From: Gammaproteobacteria bacterium
Lineage (GTDB): Bacteria > Pseudomonadota > Gammaproteobacteria > Arenicellales > Poriferihabitantaceae
Direction: 5' to 3'
Length of the DNA stretch: 64,000 nucleotides
Assembly (NCBI GenBank): GCA_009842505.1
Contig: VYFG01000003.1
Span: forward strand, 7,691-71,690
Shown: positions 28,642 to 38,801 of the stretch, piece after piece
Position numbering within the stretch: the stretch's first letter is position 1
How the letters are laid out: each line of letters starts with the position of its first letter
Position numbers and translations under genes: made by a program
Notes under the pieces: model-generated
Told to the model about the DNA's origin: nothing
The model's input: only the letters and a program-made list of their open reading frames with translations
Database searches by the model: none

Positions 28642-29557
28642 AGACTTCGGCGAGAATCTCCCCCGCACCCTGTCCCAGCAACCCGTCGGCGACCTCGCGG
28701 CCAAGGGATTCCGCGTCGGCAGGTCTGCCCCTGGCCTCGGCCCGCAACAGCCGGGATCCGTCGGGCTGTCCCACCAGTCCGCGCAGGCGCATGGTGTCCC
28801 CGTCGATTTCCGCATAGGCCGCCACGGGTACGTGGCAGCCCCCGCCCAGGCCTTCGTTGACGGCGCGTTCGGCGCGGACCCTTAGCGTGGTGTCGACATC
28901 CCCCAACGGTTCGAGCAGGGCGCGAATTTCGGTGTCGTCCTCGCGGCACTCGATTCCCACGGCCCCCTGTCCCACTGCCGGTAACATCATGTCCGTTTCA
29001 ATGCAGGTACGGATCCGCTGCCGGAACCGGAGCCGGATCAGGCCCGCGGCCGCCAGGATCAGCGCGTCGTAATCGCCCCGATCCAGCCGGGCCAGCCGGG
29101 TGTTGACGTTGCCCCTGAGGTTGCGCACCTCGAGTTGCGGGAACGCCGCACGGAGCTGGCATCCCCGCCGGAGGCTGCAGGTGCCGACCACGGCACCCGG
29201 CGGGAGGGACTCCAGCGATTCGTGGCGGTTGGAAACCAGCGCATCCCGGGGATCCTCCCTGGGGCAGATAGCGGCGATTGCCAGCCCGTCAGGCAGGGTC
29301 ACGGTGACATCCTTCATCGAATGCACCGCGATGTCGCAGCTCCCGTCGAGGATGGCCTGTTCCAGTTCCTTCAGGAACAGTCCCTTGCCGCCCACCCTGG
29401 AAAGGGGAATGTCCAGGGTCCGGTCCCCCTCGGACACCAGTTCCACGATCTCCACTTCGAGCCCCTCGTGACAGGACAGGAGCCGATCCCTGACATGGTG
29501 TGCCTGCCAGAGGGCGAGCTGGCTTTTCCGGGTGGCGATCCGCAGGGTCCTTGACAT
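28622..29557 (-). CDS. hemC: Hydroxymethylbilane synthase (porphobilinogen deaminase)
   Basis: [22 protein letters not shown]...RGNVNTRL...[11 protein letters not shown] contains the HemC signature segments. Confidence 0.9.
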   Translation of the reverse strand: MSRTLRIATRKSQLALWQAHHVRDRLLSCHEGLEVEIVELVSEGDRTLDIPLSRVGGKGLFLKELEQAILDGSCDIAVHSMKDVTVTLPDGLAIAAICPREDPRDALVSNRHESLESLPPGAVVGTCSLRRGCQLRAAFPQLEVRNLRGNVNTRLARLDRGDYDALILAAAGLIRLRFRQRIRTCIETDMMLPAVGQGAVGIECREDDTEIRALLEPLGDVDTTLRVRAERAVNEGLGGGCHVPVAAYAEIDGDTMRLRGLVGQPDGSRLLRAEARGRPADAESLGREVADGLLGQGAGEILAEVYDGGPA

Positions 29558-29573
29558 GCCGTCTGCGTGAGAA

Positions 29574-30368
29574 TCAGGCGTCCGGGGTTGGACGGGAAAC
29601 CTTGAGCCGTATGGCCTGGATGCCCTCCCCCTTGAGCCTCCTGTCCGCATCCTCCATGCGGGAATAGCTGGCATAGGGCCCGAGCCGGACCCGGTAGAAA
29701 TCCCCGCGGCCCTGGATCGTGACCTTCTGGATGCCTGCGCTCAGCCCGAGCAGGGCGATTCTGGCCTTTTGCCGGTCTGCCTCGGCGGGACGACTGAAGG
29801 AACCGGCCTGCAGCATGTAGGTGCTGACCGGCTCCGGCTTTGCCTCCCGGACGGGGGCCTGGGGCTTTTCCGGCGGGTCTGCCGGCTGGGCGGGTGCCGG
29901 ACTGGAGGATGCCAGTTGGGCAGGTTCGGTTTCGGCGGGCTCCGTTTCGGGGGATGCAGGGTCCGGAAGCGCGGGTTCGGTGGATGCCGGTTCGGCAGGC
30001 GCCTGCTCCGGGGATGCCGCCTCGGGTGGTGCGTCCTCGCCTTCGGATACCACCACCTCGATCTCGGGCAGGACGGTGAAGAAATCGTAGTTGGTTTGCT
30101 GGGGCTCCGGCTTGGGGGCGGGGGTGGTCTCGACGGGTCTGGCGCCGGTGGAACGCTCGCTGGAGTCCTCCATCATGCGCCGGATCCCGGAACCGACCTC
30201 GCTGTCCCCGCCCCGCCATCCGTGCCAGAGCGTGGTGCCGAGGGAGCCGATCACGATGCCCGCGAACAGCATGCCGGCACTGCCGGAAAACACTCCGGAC
30301 AGGCTGGCCTTGTCCCCTCTGGGTCTGGCCGAGGTCGCCCGGCTCCTTTTCTTTTTCGCCTGGGCCAT
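29574..30368 (-). CDS. SPOR-domain cell-division/peptidoglycan-binding protein
   Basis: A basic N-terminus and one transmembrane segment are followed by a Pro/Glu/Ala-rich linker and a C-terminal SPOR domain ([25 protein letters not shown]...[11 protein letters not shown]). It sits immediately downstream of argS. Confidence 0.75.
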   Translation of the reverse strand: MAQAKKKRSRATSARPRGDKASLSGVFSGSAGMLFAGIVIGSLGTTLWHGWRGGDSEVGSGIRRMMEDSSERSTGARPVETTPAPKPEPQQTNYDFFTVLPEIEVVVSEGEDAPPEAASPEQAPAEPASTEPALPDPASPETEPAETEPAQLASSSPAPAQPADPPEKPQAPVREAKPEPVSTYMLQAGSFSRPAEADRQKARIALLGLSAGIQKVTIQGRGDFYRVRLGPYASYSRMEDADRRLKGEGIQAIRLKVSRPTPDA

Positions 30369-30391
30369 TATCTCGTGCTGCTGCTGTCCAT

Positions 30392-32131
30392 CTACATCGA
30401 CTCCGGCGCGCTGACACCGAGGAGGTCAAGCCCGTTGGCGATGACCTGCCGGGTGGCGTCGATCAGGCCGAGCCTGGCCAGGCGCAGATCGTTCTCGCTT
30501 GCAAGGAACGGATGTGCATTGTAGTAGGTATGGAAATCGGTGGCGAGGTCCCGGAGGTAGTAGGCGACCTGGTGGGGTTCCAGCGAAGCGGCCGCGGAGG
30601 CCACCACCTCGGGGTATCGCGACAGGGTGCGCAGCAGTTCCAGCTCGCGGCTTTCCCCGAGAAGTCCGTAGTTGGGCGCGGCGGTCTCCAGGGTCTCCAT
30701 GCCGCGCTCCCGGAGCTGCCGGAACACGCTGCAGATCCTCGCATGGGCATACTGGATGTAATAGACCGGGTTGTCCGCGGACTGCGACTTCGCGAGATCC
30801 AGGTCGAAGTCCATGTGCTGCTCCGGACGCCTGAGCGCATAGAAGAATCGCGCTGCGTCGTTGCCCACCTCCCCGCGCAGTTCCCTGAGCGTCACGAACT
30901 CCCCTTCCCTGGTGGACATGGATACCTTCTCCCCGCCGCGATAGAGCACGGCGAACTGCACCAGCAGGATATCCAGCTTTTCCCTTGGATGCCCGAGTGC
31001 CTCGAAGGATGCTCTGATCCGGTCGACGTAGCCATGATGGTCCGCACCGAAGATGTCCAGAATGCGGTCGAAGCCCCGCTCGCCCTTGTCGAAATGGTAG
31101 GCGAGATCGGTGGCGAAATAGGTATGAGCGCCGTTGGCCCTGACCACCACGCGGTCCTTCTCGTCGCCGAAGTCCGTGGCGCGGAACCACTTGGCCCCGT
31201 CTTTCTCGTAGACATGGCCGTTGGCCTCGAGCACCCGGATGGCCTTTTCCATGGCCCCGCCGGTCACCAGGCTCCGCTCGGAGAACCAGCAGTCGAACGC
31301 AACGCCGAATTCGGCAAGGTCCTCGCGGATGTCCGCCACCATGACCCCGCAGGCGTGATCGAACACTGTCCTGAACCCGGCATCCCCCAGCAGGGAACGG
31401 CAGCGCGCCACCAGGGTGTCCATGGCCGGATCGGCCTCTTCCGGCAGGTCGTCGAACAGTGACGCTGCCGGGCGTACCAGCTCGTCGCCGTTTTCTCCCG
31501 CAAGGCTCCGCGCGATGTCCCGGACGTAGTCTCCCCGGTATCCGCCGGCGGGGAAACGGGTCTCCTCGCCCTGCAGTTCGAGGTAGCGCAGCCAGACGCT
31601 GAGGGCCAGGATATCCATCTGCCGCCCTGCATCGTTGATGTAGTACTCGCTCCTGGCGTCGTAGCCGGCGGCGCGCAGCACCCGCACCAGGGAATCTCCG
31701 TAGGCGGCCCCGCGGCCGTGGCCCACATGGAGCGGTCCCGTAGGGTTGGCGGAGACGAACTCCACCATGACCCGGCCTCCGGCGCCGGCCTCACTGTGGC
31801 CGTAGTGCCCGCCCAGGGAGCGCACCTGCCCGATCAGATCCAGCCACGCGTCCCGGGTGACGGTGAAATTGATGAAGCCGGGGCCCGCGATGTCCACTTT
31901 CTCCACCAGGGTGCAGTCCGGTAGTCCCTCGACCACGCGCTGCGCCAGATCCCGCGGCTTCATGCCTGCGGCCTTGGCCAGCACCAGGGCGATGTTGCTG
32001 GCATAGTCGCCGTGGGCGGGATCCCGGGTGCGGTCGACCTGGATGCGGTCCTTCGCCCCGTCCGGCAACGGAACCGTCCCCCTGAGTGCCTCTACGGACC
32101 GGGCGACCAGGGACGCGATGCGCTGTTTCAT
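30392..32131 (-). CDS. argS: Arginine--tRNA ligase
   Basis: 579-aa ORF with the class I HIGH-type motif (SANPTGPLHVGHGR) and an ArgRS anticodon-binding C-terminus ending in M. Confidence 0.9.
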   Translation of the reverse strand: MKQRIASLVARSVEALRGTVPLPDGAKDRIQVDRTRDPAHGDYASNIALVLAKAAGMKPRDLAQRVVEGLPDCTLVEKVDIAGPGFINFTVTRDAWLDLIGQVRSLGGHYGHSEAGAGGRVMVEFVSANPTGPLHVGHGRGAAYGDSLVRVLRAAGYDARSEYYINDAGRQMDILALSVWLRYLELQGEETRFPAGGYRGDYVRDIARSLAGENGDELVRPAASLFDDLPEEADPAMDTLVARCRSLLGDAGFRTVFDHACGVMVADIREDLAEFGVAFDCWFSERSLVTGGAMEKAIRVLEANGHVYEKDGAKWFRATDFGDEKDRVVVRANGAHTYFATDLAYHFDKGERGFDRILDIFGADHHGYVDRIRASFEALGHPREKLDILLVQFAVLYRGGEKVSMSTREGEFVTLRELRGEVGNDAARFFYALRRPEQHMDFDLDLAKSQSADNPVYYIQYAHARICSVFRQLRERGMETLETAAPNYGLLGESRELELLRTLSRYPEVVASAAASLEPHQVAYYLRDLATDFHTYYNAHPFLASENDLRLARLGLIDATRQVIANGLDLLGVSAPESM

Positions 32132-32329
32132 GAAGGGGACTGATCCTGACTGGGTTCCGGTAGGCCTGCGGATTCTACCGCTGCGCCGGGGATAACTGAA
32201 GGGTGCGGGGTTTCATGAAGGCGGCATTTTCGGTTCGGGGGCGGGTCCACGTTCGGCCAGGCCCGGCCGGCTGCGGGGCGGACTTGCCGGAGAGAACGCC
32301 CGAATCGGCCCTCCCGGCCCCCGGACCGG

Positions 32330-33571
32330 TCAGTCCAGGGCGCCGACCTTGGCGAAATAGGCCGCCTTCATCGCTTCCTCGAACGCCCCGTTGGACGCAT
32401 ATGCATGGCCGAACACCGGGTTCCACAGTTCCTCAGCCTCCATGCACAGATAGAAGAACACCCGGCCGTGCCAGGGTGAAAGGGCCCCGTATACGTGGCG
32501 GAACAGTTCGGTCTTGACCGCGAGCGGATAGGAATACTTGCCCGCGATCTCCTCCATGGGCATCTGCAGAATCTTGCTGGCCAGGGGGCGCCGGCGGATG
32601 GTTTTCATGACTGACCGGGTAAAGGTCAGGGTCCCCAGAGAAACCGTGGCGACCTGCCCCGGCGTGAACCTTGAGACGAGTTCCCGGCAGATGGCGCCAT
32701 AGTCCTCCCGCCAGCGGTCATAGTGGACGATGGGGTGGAAATGGAATCCCACCAACCTGCCTTTCGCGGCAATTTTCCCGGCGGCGTCCAGGCGCTGCGC
32801 CAGGGAGGCGGTCAGGTGCTCCTCGTGATCGATGATGGTCTGGGGATTGAGCGACCAGGTCGTCAGGATGTTCGGCGGATAATCGTTTTCCAGCAGCCAG
32901 CCGATGTTGCGGGATTTGGTCTTCAGTTCGAGCAGCACGTTGGGATTGTCCCTTGCGAACCGGGCCAGTGCCTCGAGCACCCGGTTGTGGTTGCCCCACA
33001 TCAGGGAGTCGGAAGACTGTCCGGTGCCGATGTGGTAGGTCCTGTCCGGGTCCAGGACGAGCGCCGCCAGTTTCTCCGGGAAGGTGCCGTCGAAGGTCAC
33101 GGCGTTGCCGTGGTAGAACGACTGGATGCTGCAGTAGGAACAGTCGAACCCGCACCGTTCCACCGCATCCAGGGTCATCAGGTTGCAGCAGCGGGTCCGC
33201 TCCGACGCCACCGGGCAACGGCCAAGGCCCAGATTTGGTTTCGACGCAACCCGGATCTCGGGCTTCACGGCCTTCGGCTTGTCGGCACTGGAAAACGCCG
33301 CATAGCTCTTCTCGCGGTCACGGACTTGTCCGTGGCGCCTGACGAGGGCCCGGATGAGGGCGCTCTTGTCGCCCTCGTCCGGCCAGTCCTCCCCGAGGGG
33401 TTGCTCCTTCCAGCGCGACCGGTCCAGCGCCATGTCGCTGACGAGCTGTAGTTCCTGCAGGGTAAAACGATAGCGGTTCGCCATGTCACCGACAAACGCC
33501 CGGGCATCCGCATCCAGCAGGCGAAAGCTGGTCTTTTCCGCGATTCGGGCGAATTTCGCCGGATAATCCAT
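32330..33571 (-). CDS. Radical SAM protein of the spore-photoproduct-lyase (SPL/SplB-like) family
   Basis: The CxxxCxxC cluster CGFDCSYCSIQSFY is present. The overall layout, with an N-terminal extension of about 140 aa followed by a TIM-barrel-like core, resembles non-sporulating SPL-family proteins. The start is at MDYPAKF (33571). Confidence 0.65.
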   Translation of the reverse strand: MDYPAKFARIAEKTSFRLLDADARAFVGDMANRYRFTLQELQLVSDMALDRSRWKEQPLGEDWPDEGDKSALIRALVRRHGQVRDREKSYAAFSSADKPKAVKPEIRVASKPNLGLGRCPVASERTRCCNLMTLDAVERCGFDCSYCSIQSFYHGNAVTFDGTFPEKLAALVLDPDRTYHIGTGQSSDSLMWGNHNRVLEALARFARDNPNVLLELKTKSRNIGWLLENDYPPNILTTWSLNPQTIIDHEEHLTASLAQRLDAAGKIAAKGRLVGFHFHPIVHYDRWREDYGAICRELVSRFTPGQVATVSLGTLTFTRSVMKTIRRRPLASKILQMPMEEIAGKYSYPLAVKTELFRHVYGALSPWHGRVFFYLCMEAEELWNPVFGHAYASNGAFEEAMKAAYFAKVGALD

Positions 33572-33863
33572 CGGGGCTCCCCGGGGCAGGCCAAGGCGCA
33601 GATTATAGGCAATATTCCCCGCAAGCCGAACCTGCCCCGGCGCGAATAATGACGGGCAGATCAATCCCCGGCCAGCGCCAGGCATTGCTCCTTGAATTTG
33701 GTAGCGTCGACTGTCTTCATTTACCCCCATGGGCCAGATGGGCGCATTATTTTGCTGGTAACAAAAAATCCCGCGTTTCTGAAGTCGGTGATGGCATTCC
33801 GCACTTTCCCTGCCCTCGAAAACAGCCCTGCTCCATGCCCGCTTGCAGGAAGACGGATTCCCG

Positions 33864-34610
33864 ATGCAAGGGAATGGCCTGAGTTTGCGGCCACCCGGAA
33901 TTCAGGCTAGCATCCCGCGCTGTCTGGCCTCCTGTTTACAAACGATTCCATTGCCCTCCCCAGATCCACACCGCATCGACCGGATCGACCAGCTGCTCCC
34001 GCAGACCCAGTGCACGCAGTGCGGGTACCCGCGCTGCCGGGAGTACGCCACCGCGATCGCGGCCGGTGAGGCGGACATCAACCAGTGTCCGCCGGGGGCC
34101 GACATCACCATCGGTGCGCTGGCCAAGTTCACAGGGAAGCCGCCCAAGCCGCTCAATCCCGAAAACGGGGTGGTGGAGCCGAAGGTCCTGGCGGTGATCG
34201 ACGAGCCGGCCTGCATCGGATGCAAGCTCTGCATCAAGGCGTGCCCGGTGGACTGCATCGTCGGCGCCGAAAAGCGCATGCACACGGTGATCGAAAGGGA
34301 ATGCACGGGCTGCAAGTTGTGTGTTCCGGTGTGTCCAACCGACTGCATCAGTCTGGTCCCGGCACCAGCGCCGGATTCCGCGGAACCGCCCAGCCGCTGG
34401 CCCGCATTCTCCCTGGACCAGACGCGGAAGGCCCGCCGCATGGTGGAACAGAAACTGGCGCGCGAGGCCGAGGAGGAAGACCGGAAGCAGGCGAAACGGA
34501 TCGATCATCGCCGCCGGATCATGAAGCGGGAGATCGAACTCGCCCTGGCGCGGAAGCGCTCGGAACGGAAGAAGAAACTGGATCAGCAAAAGACCGCCCG
34601 GAACCGATGA
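33864..34610 (+). CDS. RnfB-related Fe-S protein (no N-terminal membrane anchor)
   Basis: [38 protein letters not shown] is followed by two 4Fe-4S ferredoxin motifs ([12 protein letters not shown] and [12 protein letters not shown]). The start is uncertain: ATG at 33864 or TTG at 33951. The stop overlaps the nth start as ATGA. Confidence 0.75.
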   Translation: MQGNGLSLRPPGIQASIPRCLASCLQTIPLPSPDPHRIDRIDQLLPQTQCTQCGYPRCREYATAIAAGEADINQCPPGADITIGALAKFTGKPPKPLNPENGVVEPKVLAVIDEPACIGCKLCIKACPVDCIVGAEKRMHTVIERECTGCKLCVPVCPTDCISLVPAPAPDSAEPPSRWPAFSLDQTRKARRMVEQKLAREAEEEDRKQAKRIDHRRRIMKREIELALARKRSERKKKLDQQKTARNR

Positions 34611-35338
34611 GTCCCGCAGAAATCGAGGCGCTGTTCGCCAGGCTGAAGAAGGAACTGCCAAGGCCCACCACCGAACTGTCCTACGGGACCCCTTTCGAAC
34701 TCCTGGTGGCCGTGGTCCTGTCGGCCCAGGCCACCGACGTGTCCGTAAACCAGGCAACGAGGCGGCTCTTTCCCGTTGCCAACACGCCCGAGGCCATCCT
34801 CGCACTTGGCGTCGACGGCCTCAAGGAGTACATCCGCACCATCGGTCTTTACAACACCAAGGCGGAAAACATCATCAGGACCTGCCGGATCCTGCTGGAG
34901 CAGCACGGCGGCTGGGTCCCCGAGGACCGGGCCGCGCTGGAGGCGTTGCCCGGCGTAGGGCGGAAAACCGCGAATGTCATCCTCAACACCGCCTTCGGGC
35001 ATCCCACCATTGCCGTGGACACCCATATCTTCCGTGTTTCCAACCGCCTTGGCCTGGCACCCGGAAAAAACGTGCTGGAGGTCGAGATGGGCCTGCTCAA
35101 GAACGTGCCGGAAAAATACCGGATGGACGCACACCACTGGCTGATCCTGCACGGCCGCTACACCTGCGTGGCGCGAAAACCGAAATGCCATGCATGCGTT
35201 GTCAGCGACCTGTGTCCGTCGGCGTCTTCCGACCCCGGCGGTCCGGAAAAGGAAGACCCGGCTGCAACAGGGTCTCCACGGAAAAACGGCGGTCGGGAAA
35301 GATCAGGGAAAGGGACAAGGAAGAGCCTTCGCCACTGA
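34607..35338 (+). CDS. nth: Endonuclease III
   Basis: [19 protein letters not shown], the HhH-GPD segment [13 protein letters not shown] and the C-terminal cluster [17 protein letters not shown] are present. An extra basic, low-complexity tail of about 32 aa follows the last Cys. Confidence 0.9.
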   Translation: MSPAEIEALFARLKKELPRPTTELSYGTPFELLVAVVLSAQATDVSVNQATRRLFPVANTPEAILALGVDGLKEYIRTIGLYNTKAENIIRTCRILLEQHGGWVPEDRAALEALPGVGRKTANVILNTAFGHPTIAVDTHIFRVSNRLGLAPGKNVLEVEMGLLKNVPEKYRMDAHHWLILHGRYTCVARKPKCHACVVSDLCPSASSDPGGPEKEDPAATGSPRKNGGRERSGKGTRKSLRH

Positions 35339-35663
35339 CCTTGATGGAAGAGCACAGTTGATCGCGTGACCACCCCGGTCAATGCATAAAAGATATCCAA
35401 CACCATCTTTTACACCAATGGTTCAGCGCACAGCACAGGTATGTGATTGTTCTTATTGAACATATGGAAGGGAAGGCCAAGCATGCCCAATTGCACATGC
35501 GTCAGTATCTCGACAGAGTGTGCTGTACTTTTTTGTTCGCCCCCTACCGAAACACTTGAACTCAACTTGTGGCTCGGATCTCACGATGTCGTTATCCAAC
35601 TTCGTGGGTTCACTTCGGAATACATGGTAACTTTGCATAGATCACACACGGGTCATATTTCCG

Positions 35664-37256
35664 ATGAAAAAAAATACGCACCCCGGCAACATTCTTTTCA
35701 TCATGTGCGATCAGCTGCGCTTCGATTATCTGTCCTGCTATGGTCATCCAATCCTGCAGACACCGAATATCGACAAGCTCGCAAAGCGAGGGGTACGCTT
35801 CACGCACGCCTATTGTGCCGCCCCGATTTGCGCGCCTTCACGTGCCAGTTTTTACAGTGGCCGATATTCATCCAGTCATGGCGTGTTGGGAAACGACGAC
35901 AACGCCCGCCTGGACGAAAAGATGATTGCCGACTACCTGCAGCCACTGGGTTACCGCTCGGCCGTGGTGGGAAAAACACACGTCCATAAGGATTTGAAGG
36001 AAATATCCGCGCTCGGCCTCGATCCAGACTCACCCTGGTGCAGGGCTTCACAAACCGGCGGCTTCGAACCCTATGAATCCCATGAAGGCCTGTTTCCTGA
36101 TCCTGTACTGGCCATCAATCCCGGCCAGGGTTACGACACATACCTGAAGTCACTGGGCTATGACCCGGATAACCCCTGGGACAAAAATGCCAACAGCAGT
36201 GTCGACCCCGATGGCAATCTGCATTCGGGCTGGCTGCTGCGCAGTTCAAAATATCCCGCGGCGATCAACGAAGAGCATTCGGAAACCGCATTTACCACGC
36301 GGCGCGCAATGGATTTTATTCGAGGGTGTGGCAGCCAGCCTTGGTGCCTGCATCTAAGTTACATCAAACCACACTGGCCGGTCATCGCCCCGGCCCCCTA
36401 CCACGAAATGTACCAACAGCTCGAGATACCGAGTGCGGTTCGAAATGAAAGGGAGTATCAGAATCCCCACCCTGTCTACCAGGCATTCATGGAGCAGGAA
36501 TACAGCGTTTCCTATTCTCGCGACGAAGTCAGAGACACTGTCGTTCCGGCCTACATGGGCCTGATCAGGCAAATCGACGATCATCTCGGTCGGTTGTTCG
36601 ATTTCATGCGGGCACAAGGCCTGGATCAGAATACCCTGGTCGTATTCACCGCAGACCACGGCGATTATCTCGGTGATCATTGGCTCGGAGAAAAAGATCT
36701 GTTTCACGACGTCTCAGCCAAGGTGCCGCTGATTATTGCCGATCCGCGAGCGGATGCCGACACAACCCGGGGACAGACCTGCAGTAAACTGGTTGAAGCG
36801 GTCGATATTCTTCCCAGCTTCATCGAGTTTGCCGGTGGCTTACCCTGCCGGGAACGTCTTGAGGGTCAATCCCTGTTGCCCCTGATTCACGGCCAGGCAA
36901 ACGTGTTTCAACGTGAATATGCAGTCAGTGAAATCGATTACGCCGACCGTGGCCCACGTGCCCTGCTCAACCTTGAACCGTATCAGTGTCGCGCGACGAT
37001 GGTTAGTGATCATCACTGGAAATACATCCACCACCACACATTTGCGGCACAACTGTTTGACCTGGAGAACGATCCGGACGAACTGATAGACCTCGGGCAG
37101 GACACCCGATACGCCGGGATTTGTCAAGAAATGCAGGAATACCTGTTCGAATGGCGCGGAGATTTGAAACGCCGTTGCGGGTTGGACTACGGGTTCATGG
37201 CGGGACAAGGCCCTGAGCGTGACGAGGAGTGGGGAATCATAATCGGCCGATGGTAG
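35664..37256 (+). CDS. Alkaline-phosphatase-superfamily sulfatase, phosphonate-monoester-hydrolase (PMH)-like, cytoplasmic
   Basis: ILFIMCDQLRFDYL is followed by the C-x-P-x-R nucleophile motif (CAPSRASFYSGRY). PWCLHLSYIKPHWPVIAPAPYHEMY and LVVFTADHGDYLGDHWL are colinear with rhizobial PMH-type enzymes as I recall them. No signal peptide is present. Confidence 0.75.
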   Translation: MKKNTHPGNILFIMCDQLRFDYLSCYGHPILQTPNIDKLAKRGVRFTHAYCAAPICAPSRASFYSGRYSSSHGVLGNDDNARLDEKMIADYLQPLGYRSAVVGKTHVHKDLKEISALGLDPDSPWCRASQTGGFEPYESHEGLFPDPVLAINPGQGYDTYLKSLGYDPDNPWDKNANSSVDPDGNLHSGWLLRSSKYPAAINEEHSETAFTTRRAMDFIRGCGSQPWCLHLSYIKPHWPVIAPAPYHEMYQQLEIPSAVRNEREYQNPHPVYQAFMEQEYSVSYSRDEVRDTVVPAYMGLIRQIDDHLGRLFDFMRAQGLDQNTLVVFTADHGDYLGDHWLGEKDLFHDVSAKVPLIIADPRADADTTRGQTCSKLVEAVDILPSFIEFAGGLPCRERLEGQSLLPLIHGQANVFQREYAVSEIDYADRGPRALLNLEPYQCRATMVSDHHWKYIHHHTFAAQLFDLENDPDELIDLGQDTRYAGICQEMQEYLFEWRGDLKRRCGLDYGFMAGQGPERDEEWGIIIGRW

Positions 37257-37289
37257 CGCTCAGCCGCTCACTGCCGGCCGATCCGGAAA

Positions 37290-38792
37290 TCAATCCCGAT
37301 TCTCTCTTCGGTTTCCGGCGGTCTTGCCGGTCCTCCTGAAGTAGGTCCACAGGTGAATGCTGATAACCAGCACAATCGCTGTAAAGATTATTGCCGCGAT
37401 CGGTCTGTCGATAAAATCCAAGGGGCTTTTGACACGCGCCATCGACGATCGCAGTTTCACTTCCATGATTCCGCCCAGCACCATTCCGAGCACGATGGGG
37501 ACACTCGGCAAATCCAAACGTTTCAGTATCAACCCGAATACGCCGAACGCCGCGCCAATCGCGCAATCGGTCATCGAGTTCCGCAACGAATAAAGACCGA
37601 CAAAGGCTAACGTCAATATCATCACGCCCAGGAACCTGCTCGGAATGCGAATCACCCGGAGAATCTGGTTGGTCGAGAAGATGAGGAATATCAGGACAAA
37701 GATGTTTAGCAGAAATAGCCCGATGTAGAGTGCGACCACAAAAGGCATCTGGTTGGCAAAGAGTTGCGGCCCGGGGATCACGTTATGCACGTAAAAAACT
37801 GACAGCATCATCGCCGTCAGAGCCTCTCCGGGGATACCCAGCGCCAGCAGCGGGATCATCGCCGCACCAGGCACAGCATTGTTTGCCGACTCGGCGGCAA
37901 CCAACCCCTCCGGAGCTCCCTTACCGAAAAGTTCCGGTGTTTTCGAGGTCTTTTGTGCATAGGTGTAGGACATGAATTGCGAGGTGAATTCTCCGACACC
38001 CGGAATCATGCCCATGAGCACGCCGAAGGAAGACCCCACGGTTGCCACGCGTTTGTAGATCCAGAGTTCCTTCAGACCTTCGAACAACCCGCCTTCTACC
38101 CTCGTCGCTTCGGGATGGGTGTCCTTGTCAACCAGCAAGAGGAAAGCCTGGGAAAGCGCGAACAGCCCCAATACGACAACAATCAGGTCTATCCCCGAAG
38201 CGAGCCAGGTCTGATCGAATGTAAAGCGTCGTGTGTACTTGACCGGCTCCAGTCCCACCGTATTCAAGAAAATCCCGAAACATGCCAACATGCCGGCCAC
38301 GAATACCTTTCCACGATGGGCCAGCACTACCAGCACGACTCCAAGTAACGCGGCGAGAAAAATCTCACGGCTGCCGAAGTGCGGCGCAACCAAGGCCAGA
38401 ACCTGCGCCAGCAGTATCAAGCAGACGACCGAAAATATCCCCCCAAAGAAAGAAGCCGAGTAAGCCAGGGACAACGCCCGCTTCGGATTGCCATCACGAG
38501 CGATGGGATGGCCATCGTATGTGGTCAGGGCATTGACAGCGGTACCCGGTGTGTTGATCAGGATTGCGGGTATCGCGCCCCCGTACATCGATGACCCGTA
38601 AATTCCGAGCAGCAAGGTCAAACCGACAATGGGTTCCATCGCAAAGGTAGCCGGCAAGAGGATGGCGATGGCAACCGCCGCGCCCACACCCGGAACGGCA
38701 CCGATGATTACTCCGCCGACCGAGCCCACCAACAGCGCACCGAGCACTTCCCAGCGCAGAAGAATGGCAATGGCTGCAGCCAGGGTTTCCAT
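37290..38792 (-). CDS. tctA: Tripartite tricarboxylate transporter large permease
   Basis: 500-aa polytopic protein with a TctA-type N-terminus (GSVGGVIIGAVPGVGAAVAIAILLPATF). Confidence 0.85.
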   Translation of the reverse strand: METLAAAIAILLRWEVLGALLVGSVGGVIIGAVPGVGAAVAIAILLPATFAMEPIVGLTLLLGIYGSSMYGGAIPAILINTPGTAVNALTTYDGHPIARDGNPKRALSLAYSASFFGGIFSVVCLILLAQVLALVAPHFGSREIFLAALLGVVLVVLAHRGKVFVAGMLACFGIFLNTVGLEPVKYTRRFTFDQTWLASGIDLIVVVLGLFALSQAFLLLVDKDTHPEATRVEGGLFEGLKELWIYKRVATVGSSFGVLMGMIPGVGEFTSQFMSYTYAQKTSKTPELFGKGAPEGLVAAESANNAVPGAAMIPLLALGIPGEALTAMMLSVFYVHNVIPGPQLFANQMPFVVALYIGLFLLNIFVLIFLIFSTNQILRVIRIPSRFLGVMILTLAFVGLYSLRNSMTDCAIGAAFGVFGLILKRLDLPSVPIVLGMVLGGIMEVKLRSSMARVKSPLDFIDRPIAAIIFTAIVLVISIHLWTYFRRTGKTAGNRRENRD

Positions 38793-38801
38793 GCAATCGA
38801 C

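Noticed and set aside
14370-28860. Long plus-strand ORFs lie antisense to murJ, rluB/scpAB (16947-18800, 617 aa), trpS (18781-20028), pcnB (20746-22074), acnB (22229-23935), hemX (26026-27603) and hemD (27664-28860).
   Set aside because: Same reason: their low-complexity composition is typical of antisense frames in GC-rich genes, and each overlaps a confidently identified minus-strand gene.
29880-30060. Imperfect short tandem repetition (GGTTCGG/CGGGG-type units) occurs in the SPOR-protein gene.
   Set aside because: It encodes the Pro/Glu/Ala-rich linker of the protein. This is low-complexity coding sequence, not an independent repeat element.
35536-35553. An inverted repeat GTTCG-N8-CGAAC lies upstream of the PMH-like sulfatase gene and superficially resembles the island operator half-sites.
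   Set aside because: Its spacer is 8 nt rather than 4 and its flanks differ from the five consistent copies, so I did not count it as part of the regulon motif.
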